A DNA stretch of 64,000 nt, taken from Antedon mediterranea (taxonomy: Eukaryota; Animalia; Echinodermata). The position numbers and the translations under genes were made by a program. The notes under the pieces are model-generated. The model saw only the letters and a list, made by a program, of their open reading frames with translations, had not been told where the DNA came from and searched no databases. The stretch covers positions 16,289,432 through 16,353,431 of the forward strand of contig NC_092679.1 in the NCBI RefSeq assembly GCF_964355755.1, in the 5' to 3' direction. Positions 1 to 14,800 of the stretch are shown here, one piece after another. The number at the start of each line of letters is the position of its first letter. Position 1 is the first letter of the stretch.

Positions 1-42
1 CTAATATTGGACATCGCAGTATGGCAACAACTCAAACATATA

Positions 43-209
43 CAAGGCCGTAGCGAGAGGTTAAAAACAGACAAGGCAAAGATACTTTAAATACAATTAT
101 TAATAATATAAAATATGACAATCTGTGCTGCCAATTAGGGTGGGTGATGAAAATTGAAAATTTCAGACGAGGTGAGCACCTTGTCTGCCTCATGCTGGCT
201 ACAACCCTG
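43..209. mobile_element. hAT-like MITE; inverted copy at 22218-22339
   Basis: CAAGGCCGTAGCGAG ... CTGGCTACAACCCTG; the reverse-complement copy lies inside a pogo-like element. Confidence 0.65.
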
Positions 210-596
210 ATATAATTCTTTTCTTTGTAAAATGCAGTAGAATGGTTTGTACTAGGGTTGTTTCATGAATACAAGCGGAATAGAGGACATTGTCGATTGA
301 CACAGACAATAATATATAAAACATTGCGATATTATTACATATTTCTATTACCATTTTAATAACTTTCTATTTGAAACTTCTCATCTTATAAAGCCCATGG
401 CACATATAAGATTGTATAGCATAACATCCTAACATTCATCTTGATTTTGATACAATACTCAAAATCAAAATATGGACCACCATTATGGCAAGAAATACAA
501 TACATATTTAATCATCTTCAAGTATTATTCTTTACTACCCTAACAAAAAATACCTTTTATTATATTTTTTTATGTATAATAAATAGATTTGCTTAC

Positions 597-745
597 TTGT
601 CGTGCTCGATCCGGTGACGTAACATTTTCTGCTCCAGTTTTCGCTCCAAGTTGAGGTGATTCTTTTATCTTTTCAATAAAAAATGTCGAGACGTTGTTTA
701 TGGCTTCTTCTGTACCAGTAATTAACGTGACTCGTTCAGTTGTAC
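597..745 (-). CDS. NOVA: Nova coding exon 3 (second half of KH1 and linker)
   Basis: Acceptor tctttag|, [31 protein letters not shown]...PDRARQ, donor |gtaagc. Confidence 0.96.
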
Positions 746-3700
746 CTAAAGAAGAAAGAGAATTAAATCAGGGATGACAGTTGACTGATAAAACCAAGTT
801 AATAAGTATTAACTGTATTCTTATGTTTATTGCAATGGAAATTGGAAAGTATCGTATTTACAATCTACCGACTACTTATTGCAAATCTTAACAAAAACAA
901 AACATTTTTGGCGCTATATTCTATGCAACAATAATTTTTTTTAAATACACAAAAAAGATACATTTTAATTTAAATAACACTAAACAAGAAATATTTCTTT
1001 TTGATTGAACAGTTTTTTATACATAGTGTTTTGAAGATGGGGATTATGATTGGATTCAGTTTTCCTTCTGCAAGAAACCAGAGCTTTTTTGGGTGGGTGT
1101 TGAAATTGGGCTAGATAGAACGCCTTAAAATAAGCATGTGGGTGGATGAAAGGCTTTGAAAGTGAGTGTCAGTACAATTACACTTATACACAGTAGGAGA
1201 CTACTACCACCTTTGCTTTAGATCAAGGCAATCTAACAGCAGAATGCTACTCTAAGTTCAGGAGAGCAAATGGTTTATCTGTGGCTGCAACATGATCAGT
1301 TCCATGCCCCTTAACGCTGTGGAGTATATGTACAAACAGTAGTACAGTACTTTAGGTATTTGTTGCAGTCAGACATAATATCAAACGACTGTTACAAGTT
1401 CCTATCTTGACCAGGCGAGCTCAGTGTCCTGTTGTTGGATTGCCTTGCCTTTATAATGCATGTAATTAGGCCGGTTTCAAAGTTCAATATATGTATTCAA
1501 TAATTAATACTTTTAAAAAGAACTCGATTCTTATTATATCACTAAAAATCTGCCATAAACAAAAGGATGCTATTTTTAGAAGATTCTAATAATGGTACAC
1601 TATTGTAAAACCTGTTGCATAAATTGTGAGTTTGAAAAATCAATAACTGTCAAGTAAATGACATTACAGAGATTTTAATGAAAGCTAGGCTGACAAACAA
1701 GTGCTTTCAATGGTGTACCACATACTGGTAATGTCTTCAATACCTTTGTCTTCGAGACTGAACAGATGAGTAATGCTAGGCTTAAGAGTTGTTGAATTAT
1801 CATCAATAAATGGAATAGGACTATAACATAAGTAACTCACAACTGATGGTTATTGAATAAATGTTGATTGATTATAGTTGAAATATATTCAACATTTACT
1901 AAAATATATTTTACTGTAGGCCATGTTCAGACTGAGGCATGGTGTAAAATAATTGATCAGATTACAATCTAGGGTGTTACTGTTACTGTTCAGACTAACA
2001 ATTCAACTTTCCCAACATCTGGTGTTTAATAAAAGCAAAAGTTAAGCGATAATAACGCATCAGTCTTTTGATTGGAGTCGCCCTAATCACATCTCTGCTT
2101 GGGTTATGAATTCCTGATGCGATACGTAACTGTCTTATTCTAGCTCAAACAGAAAACTATGTTCACTGACTGCATATGTAACGCGAACGTTAAGGTTGAC
2201 GTGAGACTAAATCCGTTTTGGTAATACAGTTGACTTTTCCAATACCGGACACTGTTGGGCTTGTCAAATATGTCTGTATATAAATATAAATTTCGGAAAG
2301 TTTGGTATTCGGAAATGTGTTTTTACTGGTACAAATGAATTAGGGACTTAAGTCTGGTATTAGGAGATTTTTCCGGGTTTTTAGAGAGTCCAGTATTGGG
2401 AGAGTTGACTGTACTGTAACAATGCGCAATGTACTGTACAGTACATCGTGTAGAGTTGGGAAAAGGATTAACTCTGTTCTACAAAATACAAACCATGTAA
2501 TAAGATGCCTAAACCCATAGGTTTATCTACATTTTGCAAACATGAGATTAAAAAAATACTGTTGAATATCATTTAATTAAATGAATAATATCATGGTAAT
2601 TTACATACACCTGCGGCAAATTTCATCACTTTCGCATGATTGAAATCGACAAAGAATTTATACAAAACTTGCGCGGCAGTTAAAAATGTACAGACTTTTT
2701 ACTAATGGATTCCATAAATGTTTCAAATTAAAATTGATAAAAACTATCTAGCACCACGACAGATTTCTACTTGCATTGCATGACAATATTCTTAAAATTA
2801 GTAAAATTACATCTACTAATTCAACATTCAAAGGAACGTTCTATTAATAAGATCTTGGAATTAATTCTTTAGCTTTTAATCTTGTTTGAGATCAAAGTAT
2901 TTGATGCCTACAAAAGTTCTTTTATAATTGACACTAAAGGCTAAAAGTCATCCATTTCACAAAGAAAAGAAACAGAATTTAAGTATTTGTTATATACTTT
3001 TCGAATTTCGTGCTTGATTGGTTTTCTTCAATGGTAAAAAGACCCACCAGTATCCTAACTTTTAGTTAATATAAAAATTCCACATTAAACTTCACTACAC
3101 ACGATGAACTGCTAAAAAGCAATGAAAGTGCATTGACCATATGTAATTGAATTAATCACAAATCTGATTGCCAGGTATAACCAAGAATAAGTATGTTTCA
3201 CGATTTGACAGTTAATTTTCAAACACTGACTTAGCTTGTCATGGCCATTAATTCATCTATGAAAAATTAATGACCCTAAAATAATTATTAACACATCAAA
3301 TTGAGCAACAAAATGACAAAATAATAACATACAAAGCATAATGAAATGTTAATAAAGCTAAAATACGCAACTGTTTAAAACAGTGTTGTTGTTTAGTCAA
3401 CTACAGTGAATAAACTGAAAATAGCCTATTCTACTCTCTGCTAACTGCTAAACATCCCTTCTTTATAATGGAATGATCCATGTATCATTAGGTGTATCTT
3501 TTAAAATCATTATTTAATATCTCATAAATTTTATACTGAAGTAAATGTAAAGATCTTGTTCTTTACAAAATCAAACAAACGGCATATTTTAGTGACAATA
3601 TATTATCCCGACTACAGTATCTAGTTAAAAAATAAACAAGTGGCGAGTCGTTCTTCAAAGTTCAAACATATAAAAAAAAAAGAATTGATACTAAAGATTT

Positions 3701-6700
3701 ATGATAGAGGTAAAATAAATCAAAAATTCTGTTCCCGTATTAAATGAAATTAGTGACTACAGCAATAGTATAAATGCCTAGAAATGTTAATGATTAATTA
3801 CGGTTTCTTTATACCACTTAATTGCCTTCAGAATATAATGAAGATGCACTAGTTATTTAAACACAAACGATGCGATGACTGATTTATAATGAAATAAGAT
3901 ATTGATGAACATGTAGATGAAAAAAACCATAAAGCACCCTCCCAATTGTTTACAGTTTCATAGCCCATGTCATGAATTTCGATGTGTAGTATAATAAAAA
4001 TTATGCTTCTTGGTTTAGGAAACACAAGAATACACGACAACAGGCTGTTTATATGAAGGCATAGGCAAACTACGATTACCCTCACCTTCCACCACCATGG
4101 TAGCAATCATTTTTCTAAAAGCTGGGCTTAAACTCTGTCAAACTTTTTTTGACAAAAAAATGTGATGTGCCCATTTGAACATGATGTCATATCACTACCA
4201 TATTTTGTAGAGAGAGCTTTAGAATTCACATTGGAACTGAAAATTTACCTATTCATCAGGCACTCTAAAGACAATTTCCATACCATTTCTCCCTAAATGC
4301 AAGATAAAATATTGGAGAATAGACCCGGCTGACTCTCTCTAATCAACCTCATTATCTATGTTCAATGTGTTGCCATGGTGACTGCATAGCTCTCTGATAC
4401 CACATTGCACTAATGGAAACCCATCAAGCATTAAGTAAATCACGGAATCTAAGACCAGGATTGAAACAAAGAACACAATTGAACAATAATGAATATTAGA
4501 AACCATTATAGGCACTCCACAATCAGATAAGACATATAGACACCAATAGAAAGCATATATTGATAGAAATAGACTTTCACCGTATTTACATAAATAAACG
4601 ACACAGGCGTTTACTGTTCAGGAGGGTATTTATAGGGGGAGGGGAGGAGTAATTGAGGGAGGTGTTTATTTATTGGTGTAATAATAGCATGTATAATCAA
4701 AGATATACCAAAAATACAAACAAATTAATATCTAAAAGTGATAAAATAAAAATTGTATCAAAAATGCTTGGTAAATTCTCGATCATGTCAATCAATGAAT
4801 TCTACTACAAATAGAAATGTGTTATCCGCAATATTGTGTATATATGCACGTGGCAGGACGTTTATTCAAGAGGGCGCGATAAGAAAGTGGAGTGGTGAGG
4901 GGGTGTATTTTGTTTGAAGGAATGTACATAAAAATATATTCTGACATAAATAAGTTACTGCTTTACATACATTCTATAGGTTTGCTATCGTTAAGTGACC
5001 ATCCCCTACTAAATAAATGTAGAAGGTACATTCCCCCATCCCCATCATCCTTTCCTGATCTGCAACAGTGCTGTTCAATGTATAATTTATTTTTAACATT
5101 AAACATACTTAAATAATATTTATTTTCACTGTATGAAGTTCAACCTACGAAAGAAACGGCATCTGGCGAGAACCGATAACAGAAATTACTAGTAATTAGA
5201 AAAAGTGTAAACACACTCACTCAAAAATAACATTTGCTGAGTACAGAGTTTACACAACGTGGCCTATACAAACACATATGATAAAATGTTTGACAAAAAC
5301 AGATGCCAAAGCAGTCAACATACTTTATTTATTCGTTTTTTCATTTCAGGTTTAATTACTGTCATAAATTATGCATCCCATGAGAGGTGATAATTTATTT
5401 TTTAATTATTTCTAATAAAAAGGTTAGAATGGAAAAGCAGAATGGCAGTCAAGAATTAATAATTTGATTCTAAACCGTACTGCGTTTCATAACATTTGGT
5501 TGGGTTTAGATTATAACACAAATGTATATTACTGTATACAATTTGTGGTTGGAGAAATGTCCGCAACCAAAGTGGGACACCTCTATTCAGGGGACACTTC
5601 TATTTAAGGGACACTCTGCATTAAGGGGACACTCTTTATTAAGAGGACACTTCCCATGTAACGATGAGGGACAATGTATGTTTTAACAATATAGCCAACC
5701 ATTAGGGAGATGCCTTGTTGGCCTCCAATGGTGTCCCCTGAATGGGAGCCAATATAAATTTATATATATGTTGTTTTTTCTTAAATTATAAACAGCCTTA
5801 ACAAAAGCAGAAATAATATATTGTAGTGTTGATTATGTATTCTGATTTTATACATTATATATTCAACTCAAACACGTATAAAAACACATTATCGACAAGG
5901 GACAATAGCAGTTTAAATCTATTCATATTTCTGTTTTATATTTATTTCTCTAGAGAAAAGGACAGAAATCTATACTTTTAGCGTGCAATACTATACCGCT
6001 AACAACTTTAGTTGAACCGTAATTGTAAAATTTATAATACTATTACAATGTAAAATGCAATTCTAAGAAATGATAAGATTTTAACATGTAAAACATTCAA
6101 AATACCATGTTAGAGGTGGATTACCAGATTCGTGTTTCCAAATGTACTCCACTCCCTAAAGCTCTGTTTACACTAGCAAACTAGTGTGACATGCCTTAAT
6201 ATGGTAGGGATATTCTCAAATATGGTATGACATCATCATGTTCATAGATGGGTACATCATATTTTTTTGTTTGATAGTGTAGAGAGAGCTTTAGTCTGAA
6301 ATGAGACTTAGTTTATAAGCATTCAATTGCTGCTGTTTGTAAAAGAAAATGTTCAAAAAAGTTTACAAAAACCAGAAATGTTAATAGCTTGATCTTTTCA
6401 TCTGAGCGCTTCATATCACCTTGTACCGATATATATACTTTCAATATCTGACATATATTCAGCCTTTTATAATCTTCGAATTTCTCTTAAAGATAAAACA
6501 AAATGTCTACTAAAACTTATCTTGATAAATTACTTTTGATATATTAGTTAGATGTCGCATAATACAGAGGAGAAAACTCTACTGTAATTCATCATTTTTA
6601 ATATTAAAAGGTTTCTTATTGGCCGTTAATGTCAAAACCTATTGGTTTGGCTAGAAAATACAAAATAGCTAGGGACCATGTTTTCAAATATTCTACTGCA

Positions 6701-8833
6701 GTTACTGCAGTAACTGCATTTTGAAATTATTTAGCAGGTTTTAAAAAAAATATTTATATTGCTTTAAAAAAAAATGTAAATGGAAAAAAGAAAAATGTAC
6801 ATGGAAACAAGCTAAAATCATAGTTTATTGTAATAAATGTAGTTACTGCAGTAAATACAGTAACCAGATTTTGACAAGATTCCTAAAACATCTAGAGCAA
6901 CTTTTCAATCTTACATACTTTCCCATTTTAACAATATTCTTTAATTTGTCATATTGTTGACAAGTTTAGGGTTTCTATCTTTCCTTAATGATTAATATTA
7001 CTTTTCTTTAGCTACACCGATTGTGATGATACAGATACATACAGATACAGATTCATTTATTGTCCAAAATATTAATGGAAATTATGTACCAAACAGGAAG
7101 AAATATATGTACATTCCTAACTGGAAAGAGAATGTTTAATTATAGAGCATCAACCTTATGGAATAATCTTCCTGTACATATCCGTAAAAATTATGAGACA
7201 TTTAGTCAAGTTGAATTTAAACATCTTGTATAACTTCTATTGTACATAGTTTTAATATAGCTTTTACTTTTATTTTTCTTGTATTTTTTTCCAAATCTGG
7301 ACCTCTTGGGAGACCAGTACTTGTGTATTGAAAGAGCTATTCCAGAATAAAGAAAGATTTGTATTGTATTGTATTGTAACTATTTAAAAAGGAACTTGGT
7401 TGCAGTGGTAGACCAAGCCTAGACTAATATGTGGTTTTCTATTTCCTAGAAATGTACCTGTTTTATACATTGCATGAACATTTTTCCATATAATTATAGG
7501 ATTAGGATTAATACAGTAGAGCCGCTGTAGCACCTTCAGGCCCCAATAAAGTGTCCACTTAAGAGGGGTTGGCATCTGTGTTCAAGCATGCAGTACCCAT
7601 CGTTTGCTTCAGTTTGTTTCATACAGTAGTAAAGTGTCTTAAAGGATATGGGTTATACTGTAAACAGAATTTTAAAATGCTTTATCAGATTTCAACATCT
7701 GAAAGCAAAAAAAAAAAAAAAAAAAAATCATAAATAAGAAATGTCAAAAACAACAAAAAGAAACTAAATCAAAATGTAATCTTATAAGCCGATTCTCCTC
7801 ATCTATCAATGGCTTTTAAATGTAATGGATACTGTTTCTGTTATTACCATAAAACAAAAGAGAGCCAGGGGTGGACAGAGTTCATAAACAGATTAGCACA
7901 GTGAAAAGATGAATGTGGCTTGCAAAGAGAAAAGATCTAGAGGAAAAATGTTCTTGGAGAATACGAAGAAAGGAGGAGGATGTCTCAGCTACAAGATTAT
8001 TTGAAAGGGGTGGAAGGTCATGAACAGAATAGTAAGATGAGAAAGAGTTTATTGATGAATTAGACAGTGGTTTGTCTGGAGGATTTCTTCATATACGAAG
8101 CAAGAGCATGGAGAGTTCATTGATAGAATAAATTGACAGAGAGAAAGCAAGATGGTTCAACTTGAAGGCGAAAAAGAGACAGAAGATTACTGATAGCTAA
8201 AACACAAACAAGATGATAAGGTCAAAGGTCTTGGGAATCAGAAACATGGTACTTACAAAAGAAAAACATGAATAAGTGACATTTAAAATGAAAAATCTCA
8301 ATGGACATAATATATAATTTCATAATATATTTTTGTTAAACTTCAATTTTAAATGTTTTATTTGAGATTGCAATAAACTTAACTTGTATCGTATCATATG
8401 TCAATTTGCAAAGAAGTGTTGTGATCTGACAGTATTGGAGAAAAGAGTATAAATGAAATTTTGTACATGCACAACTAAAATGTTTAAATAATATTCTAAC
8501 TGGTTTCCTACTAATACTCTTTCCAATTGCTTCCTTTTTTATTTTCAAGTCCAAGCTTTAAAGGAAAATGCTTCTCAAATAAAATTTGTACAAACATTAT
8601 CCATTCCTAAAGTATTCATAATTGTATGTGAATTCTTTAAATTTGTACGGGTATCCTGTTATCTATTTAAAAAAAATTATTTATTTCACCTTATTTACAG
8701 AGGGTGACCCTAAACAGCGTATGCTGACAATCAAGAGGCCCTCTCACAGTGGCTGTGTGTTTACTAGTACAACGGGGTGACCCTACAAATCTCGAATGAT
8801 GTACTAGGTGTATATGAGCTAGATGTGTATACT

Positions 8834-8867
<34 letters not shown>

Positions 8868-11800
8868 TCGTTCTATTACCCGAACCATGTTGCGATTAAG
8901 GCTTGAACCTTGCCGATGTTAATATGGCAAGGTATTACTTGCTACTGTATCTAAACAATGTTTTGTTTTCTCAAAAGCATTAATTAAAAAGACATATACC
9001 TTCGTACATTTCCAAGAATGGTGATGGTTATTTGATGGAAGGTCATTGATCCTCTAGCTTTTGTTCAATGTTGACAATTACTTTGCTTTATTAAGTTTCA
9101 CTTTAAAGTATAGTTCACTGTGCTAAACATCTTTATTAAAACATATCAATGCTCAATGAATTGCAGTTTAGCAATGTACTATATTAATAAGTATATGTAC
9201 CTCAGAAGATGACTGTGCATAAATCAAAAGTTCAAGACATTTTCAACTTTTACTTTATTTTTTTTTTTGGAAATACATGGTATACAACAAACCCAGCTTA
9301 ACAATGTATATTGTATACATTGCTAAAAAAGTTGGAAATACACTTATTCGTTTAGATTCGAACAAATGAATTCCTATTTATAGTATGAGCATCTTTACCA
9401 TTTGACCACTGAGGATCTCAATGATTTAGTATACTATAGCAGGCTAAACCATGTTCATGAAAGGTGAAGGTTCTGTTAAAACTTTAGAATAAAAATAATG
9501 TCACATGTAACACTGTATTTAAGAATTTGCCTATGATTTCATGAAAATTATGCCATTTTCCTAGATACACCATAACTCAGTAGGTTATTCAGCAATCATA
9601 CAGACATATTACCTACTAATACCAAAGTTTTAATCACAGCACAATGATATACGAGATACTAAAAATAACGTGCACTCACAAAATTAAACATTATGACATC
9701 AAGAGTTAATATATCTATATATGTTTTAACCAGACTGTACAAAATAATATAAATATTTAAAAGAAGGCAGGATGTAGTTTTGCAGACAAGTAATTGATAG
9801 TTGGAAGTAAAGAGACGTTTGAAATTTGTCTAACAATTTGTATACATCAAAATCTGGAGAAATTTATCACGATAGACAACCTGGTTATTTAATTCGTCAT
9901 TTCACTTCTGTAGGGAAAACTATTTTTTTTACACCCAAGACAAATAGCCATACTAAGACCTCTCTGAACCTCTTTAGTTTATTTTCACTTACAGACAAAA
10001 ACAGATTTTCATAGGAGAAAACATTTTTTTTTATGTGCCTCTAATGCACACATGGAATAAGGCACGATGGCATTGAATTAAAGCTAACTTCTACTTTAAT
10101 ATTGTAACTTTGAAGAAGCTTTGCATCAGGGGGTTAATCTAATCAGATTTGCTTTACTCTGACGTAATTTTTCTTTATGCTAAGTATATTTTGGGAATAA
10201 GTATTTCTTGGGTGGAACTCGAAAACATGATGAAGAACTCCATTTGCCAAGCACTACGTAATGTGGAAATTGTGGGTTTCTAACAACAGGATGCTTAGGT
10301 CCGGAGATCAAAGGGTTTATCTGTGGCAGCGACACGATCAGTTCCATGCTGTTTAACAGGCACAGCGCGTCGTGGAAAATATGTACATAGTACAGTACTG
10401 TTGGTATTTGTCGCAGTCAGATATAAGATCAAAGGACTGTATGAGTTCCTATCTTGGCAAGGTGAGCTCAGTGTTCTGTTTTTAGACTGCCTTGGTTTGA
10501 GTCTCACTATTTTTGTGTGTTCTCCATATGTACTTGGCATAAGTACAATTACATCAAAGTAGAGCAAACATCTGACCAAGTAATAATTGTACCCAATAAC
10601 TTCTTAAAGTCTTGATTAAATTCATCCTATTTCCCTGCTGACCATGAATACACACCAATCAAGGAACCAATACACTTGAATCAATATCTAATAAGGTAAT
10701 TATCTATTAATAAATGAAATAAATTGATTTTATCAAGGGATCATTTTAGGACAGTACGAGTCTACAAATGGGAAATGCTATATTTTGCTATTGGATCAGC
10801 TGTCCGAATATTAGTCTCCGATTATAAAAGTGAAATATTAAATTGTTATATTTAATCACATATCATACTAATAAAATATATACTTTTTATTACATCCTGC
10901 TAAGATCAAAAACAAGCTTGGCTTCATTTTTTATCACAATTAATTAATTTTGATTATGATTTTCATATTGAATAAATGTTTACTTGAATTGAAACATCTG
11001 GGCATGCTACAAATTAAATCAGCGTTGTGATACCTTTCGCGACTACCACAAATTAAGTTGTAAGTATGAAAGGCTTCATTAAACACTATAGTAGTATGTG
11101 GCTGAATGTAATATATAACTGTAAATCCATATTTTTCATTTTACTTGGCAAAAAATGGAAATGGAGCAAAAATATTGGAAATAACACAGCAAATTAGTAA
11201 CCCTATTTTTATGAAATATCCTATAAACCATATGAACTATGTTATGTTACAAATGAATATTGTTACATTATGTAGTATTTTCTGTCTCGTCTAAATGTGT
11301 ATGGACGTCTTCCATCAATATCTTGAGATAATCTATGTGGACACAGACCGTTCTACCTCATTAGCAACGCGGTACTTTCCACAGAATGGTTGGGCGCTCA
11401 TGTGGAGTATTCTTCCTTATTAAGTTCTTCTTAAAAGAAACAAGCCAATTCTGATTTCTTGTGAGCTGGTCGAGAGATGCAGTTGACCCAATTACAAACA
11501 GGATATATACTTGTATGTTTATTCTATTAAAAACATTATAAAAAGAATGTAAAAGTACTGTATGTTTTAGGGGGTCCACCAGAGCTATTGGTTTCTGCAA
11601 TTTGTATCATAAGAAAAATCATGACAATACTTGGTTACCAGAGTCTTTACTGCACTAACCAACATTCTAGCTATCCTGTATAGCATAAAAGATTTCAACA
11701 TATTGAAACTTTCACTACTGTAGTAAGAATGAATCATTTTGGGTTGCTCCCACTTGGTTGCAGGGTTAATGGATTGTACCATTAAAAAAAAGGGTGCCGG

Positions 11801-14800
11801 TCTGTTGTTAATTGGGGGGTGGGGAGGGGAAGGTGTTTGTGGGAACAATAAATCAAAACTGTTATAGCTTCTTATACAACAGTTTGCTGTCGAAATGTGA
11901 GGGGAACATATTCTGCCGAACCCCTCCTCCCACTAAAATGTGGATGTTCTGCGTCTGTGCTAAAACGCAAGAATATATATTTTAGTTTCTCAATGTTCTA
12001 CTTGGGTAGTCTTGAATGCTGTGAGAGGGTCTTCATTTCCTTCAAGTTATTAACAAAACCTAAATGGGCCTCACAATTAACTATCTCATTTAGCTACAAA
12101 AGGATGATTGCATTTGATGCTTTTTTTTATTAAAATTACTGAAAGTAACTAAGTACACCAACAAGAAACTGACAAGGTTCGGTACACATGGCGCCTACTT
12201 TATCCAGCATGAAAAACCAATAATTATATTCTGCAATTTATTCTGCAAGGCTATTCTAATCTTGAAGATATTAAAGTTAAATATTGCAAACAGGACATAC
12301 TCGCAATGACCTACTTAAATTTATATCACCAATAAGAACCAAGAAGCAGTAAAGAAAAACGAAAGTACCGACATCCACATGCCTAATGAGGCGATAAAAC
12401 AAAACATGAATAAATTATAAATAATGCAAATCTTATAAAAGATGATACTAATACGTTTATACTTGGCTGACAGTGTGTTTACTTGGTTTTAATTCATGCA
12501 AAGTCTTGAATAAATACTGAATAACGTGATGATTTCAATACATTTGTGATATGCTTGATCGACTTAGGCTGTTTTAATTTATGCGTAGTCTTTTATACAG
12601 TCAAGGATAACAGTAATTATGAGTTGCTAACTATCAAAAGTTGATTAACAGATGTTAGTAATTAGTACAAAGTATTTTTAGAAGTTTGACAAATAATCGT
12701 TAGACGTGATGTGAATTTAATCAACAACAATTGGAAATAATGATCGAAAAATAAACGAATCCTTGATAAATCAATGTTTTTGATTAATTCTTTCTATTTC
12801 ATTTCATTTAGGCCAAAAAAATAAAATAATTATTAATTAAATAATTTTGAAATAAAAAAACCAGTTTATGTTAACTATAGATTGTCTACAGTATTTATAC
12901 AACTACGTTTCCATTTAGATCATAAATTTAAAGCATTGAGTAAATACTTATTACCGCGATACTACGACTGATGCCTAAATCTATGTACAAATAGCTATAT
13001 AAGCTCAGGTGAGTTGCTGACTATATTAGGTTAAGAAAGTTGAAACCCGGGTCATAAGATTTGAAGAAAGCAATAAATTCTCATTTATTAACTGCCAATT
13101 AATGTAGATAGGCTATGGTAGATTCTATATATAGCAATGGTATTTGAATCAAGTGAACAAAACAAGAGGATAATGTATAATTACGGTTCATATGTCATCA
13201 GCCGGTTTGTTTCTGGTGACGCATGATGTTGGAACAGGCTGGTAAAACAAGTCTTAAGCTCTGTCTACACTATCAAACCAAAAAAGTGATGTACCCAAAT
13301 ATGGTAGTGATATGCTTAAATATGGTAGTGATATGACATCATTATGTCCATATATGTGCACATCACATTTTTCTGTCACATAAGGTTTGATAGTGTAGAC
13401 AAGGCTTTACAATGTTATTTATATGAATGAATAAAGCTCTGTCTACACTATCAAACTTTATGTGATAAAAAAATGTGATGTGCCCACATATGGACATGAT
13501 GATGTCATATCACTACCATATTTGGGTACGGTATATCATTACCATATTTGGGTACACTTTTTTTTCAAACTAGTTTCATACGGTAGACAGAATTTTAAAA
13601 GTAATCATTTAATTTCTCGTTTACTTGAATGTAGAGGCAAGTTTTTAAAGCTTACAAGTTCCTCATTGGTCGCTATATTTTAAATGACTATTGAATGTCC
13701 ATTGAATTCATGTAAAGAGCCACTGTACATTAAACAACTGGTGTTTTTTTTTATTGGGTATTTGTGATCTAGTAAAATGTATAAAGTACTGTACTATTTT
13801 GATAGTTAATTGAAATGTAGTTATCTTATTGTTCCATATTTTGTATATAATAGAATGTTTTCTGCGGCCTCGAAAAACAATATTAAGATGTAACCGTAAT
13901 TAAATAAAGTAGCCCAATTTTTAAAGTTCAATTCACAAGATTTTACTGAGATTGTATAAAATCAAAGATGTCAGAATTGGGATAAAGCTGATAATATCAT
14001 GTTAACAATAGTTCGCGCACACAATCTCAATTGTATAAATTTGTCATGAAATTACTGAAAAACCTTTTTTTTTAAATCTCAAAATTCCTTATGATGCTAA
14101 TAGATAATCAGAATACTGTACTATCATACGATGAAGCTTGGGTCATGTTATCTTCGTTTTATCACACTTGTTTGTAATCCGTGGATTTCTGTTATCTTTT
14201 AAACTTGCGTCATACCGTGGCAGTAATCGTCAGAAATTACATAACCTCTATACCTTGTTATTGTACTTTATTATTCTGACATTGCTTCAGGAACTATCTT
14301 AACTTTATGTCTTCAAAACACCTGGATTGAGATATATAAATGTCATTTATTTAATCTAGGCAAATTTTTAACATAAACATTTAATAAGAGAATTTGAATT
14401 TTAAAAAAAGCTGGGCGTGGTTCACGGACTATACCATTTATCGATAGGAGTATTAAATAAATTATAATTATTATAAATTTTGTTTTGTGACAGTACTTGC
14501 TGCCTAATGTAAATTTCCGATTCTCAATCTAGGGATATATGTGTGCCCTCAAGTCCTATCATTCTTCATGTTCCCTTAGTATCTGCTAGACTAATTGATT
14601 AAAACATAATGAAACTTTATAAGGTATATCTACCATACCTTTGATATTTATAACATTCATCATTAAGTATTAGAGTATAATAAATAACATTAATGACCAT
14701 GGATTATAAGTTCAACTTGAACATCTTCCCGACAAAATCATCCTCTGGCCAGCTTTGAAATTTAATTTTGTTTCGTTTATTTATTCAACCAGCATAATAT

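Noticed and set aside
7830-8260. purine-rich stretch as a hidden exon
   Set aside because: The minus-strand frames translated by eye contain stops and no recognisable motif. It may be an old retroelement relic but cannot be assigned.
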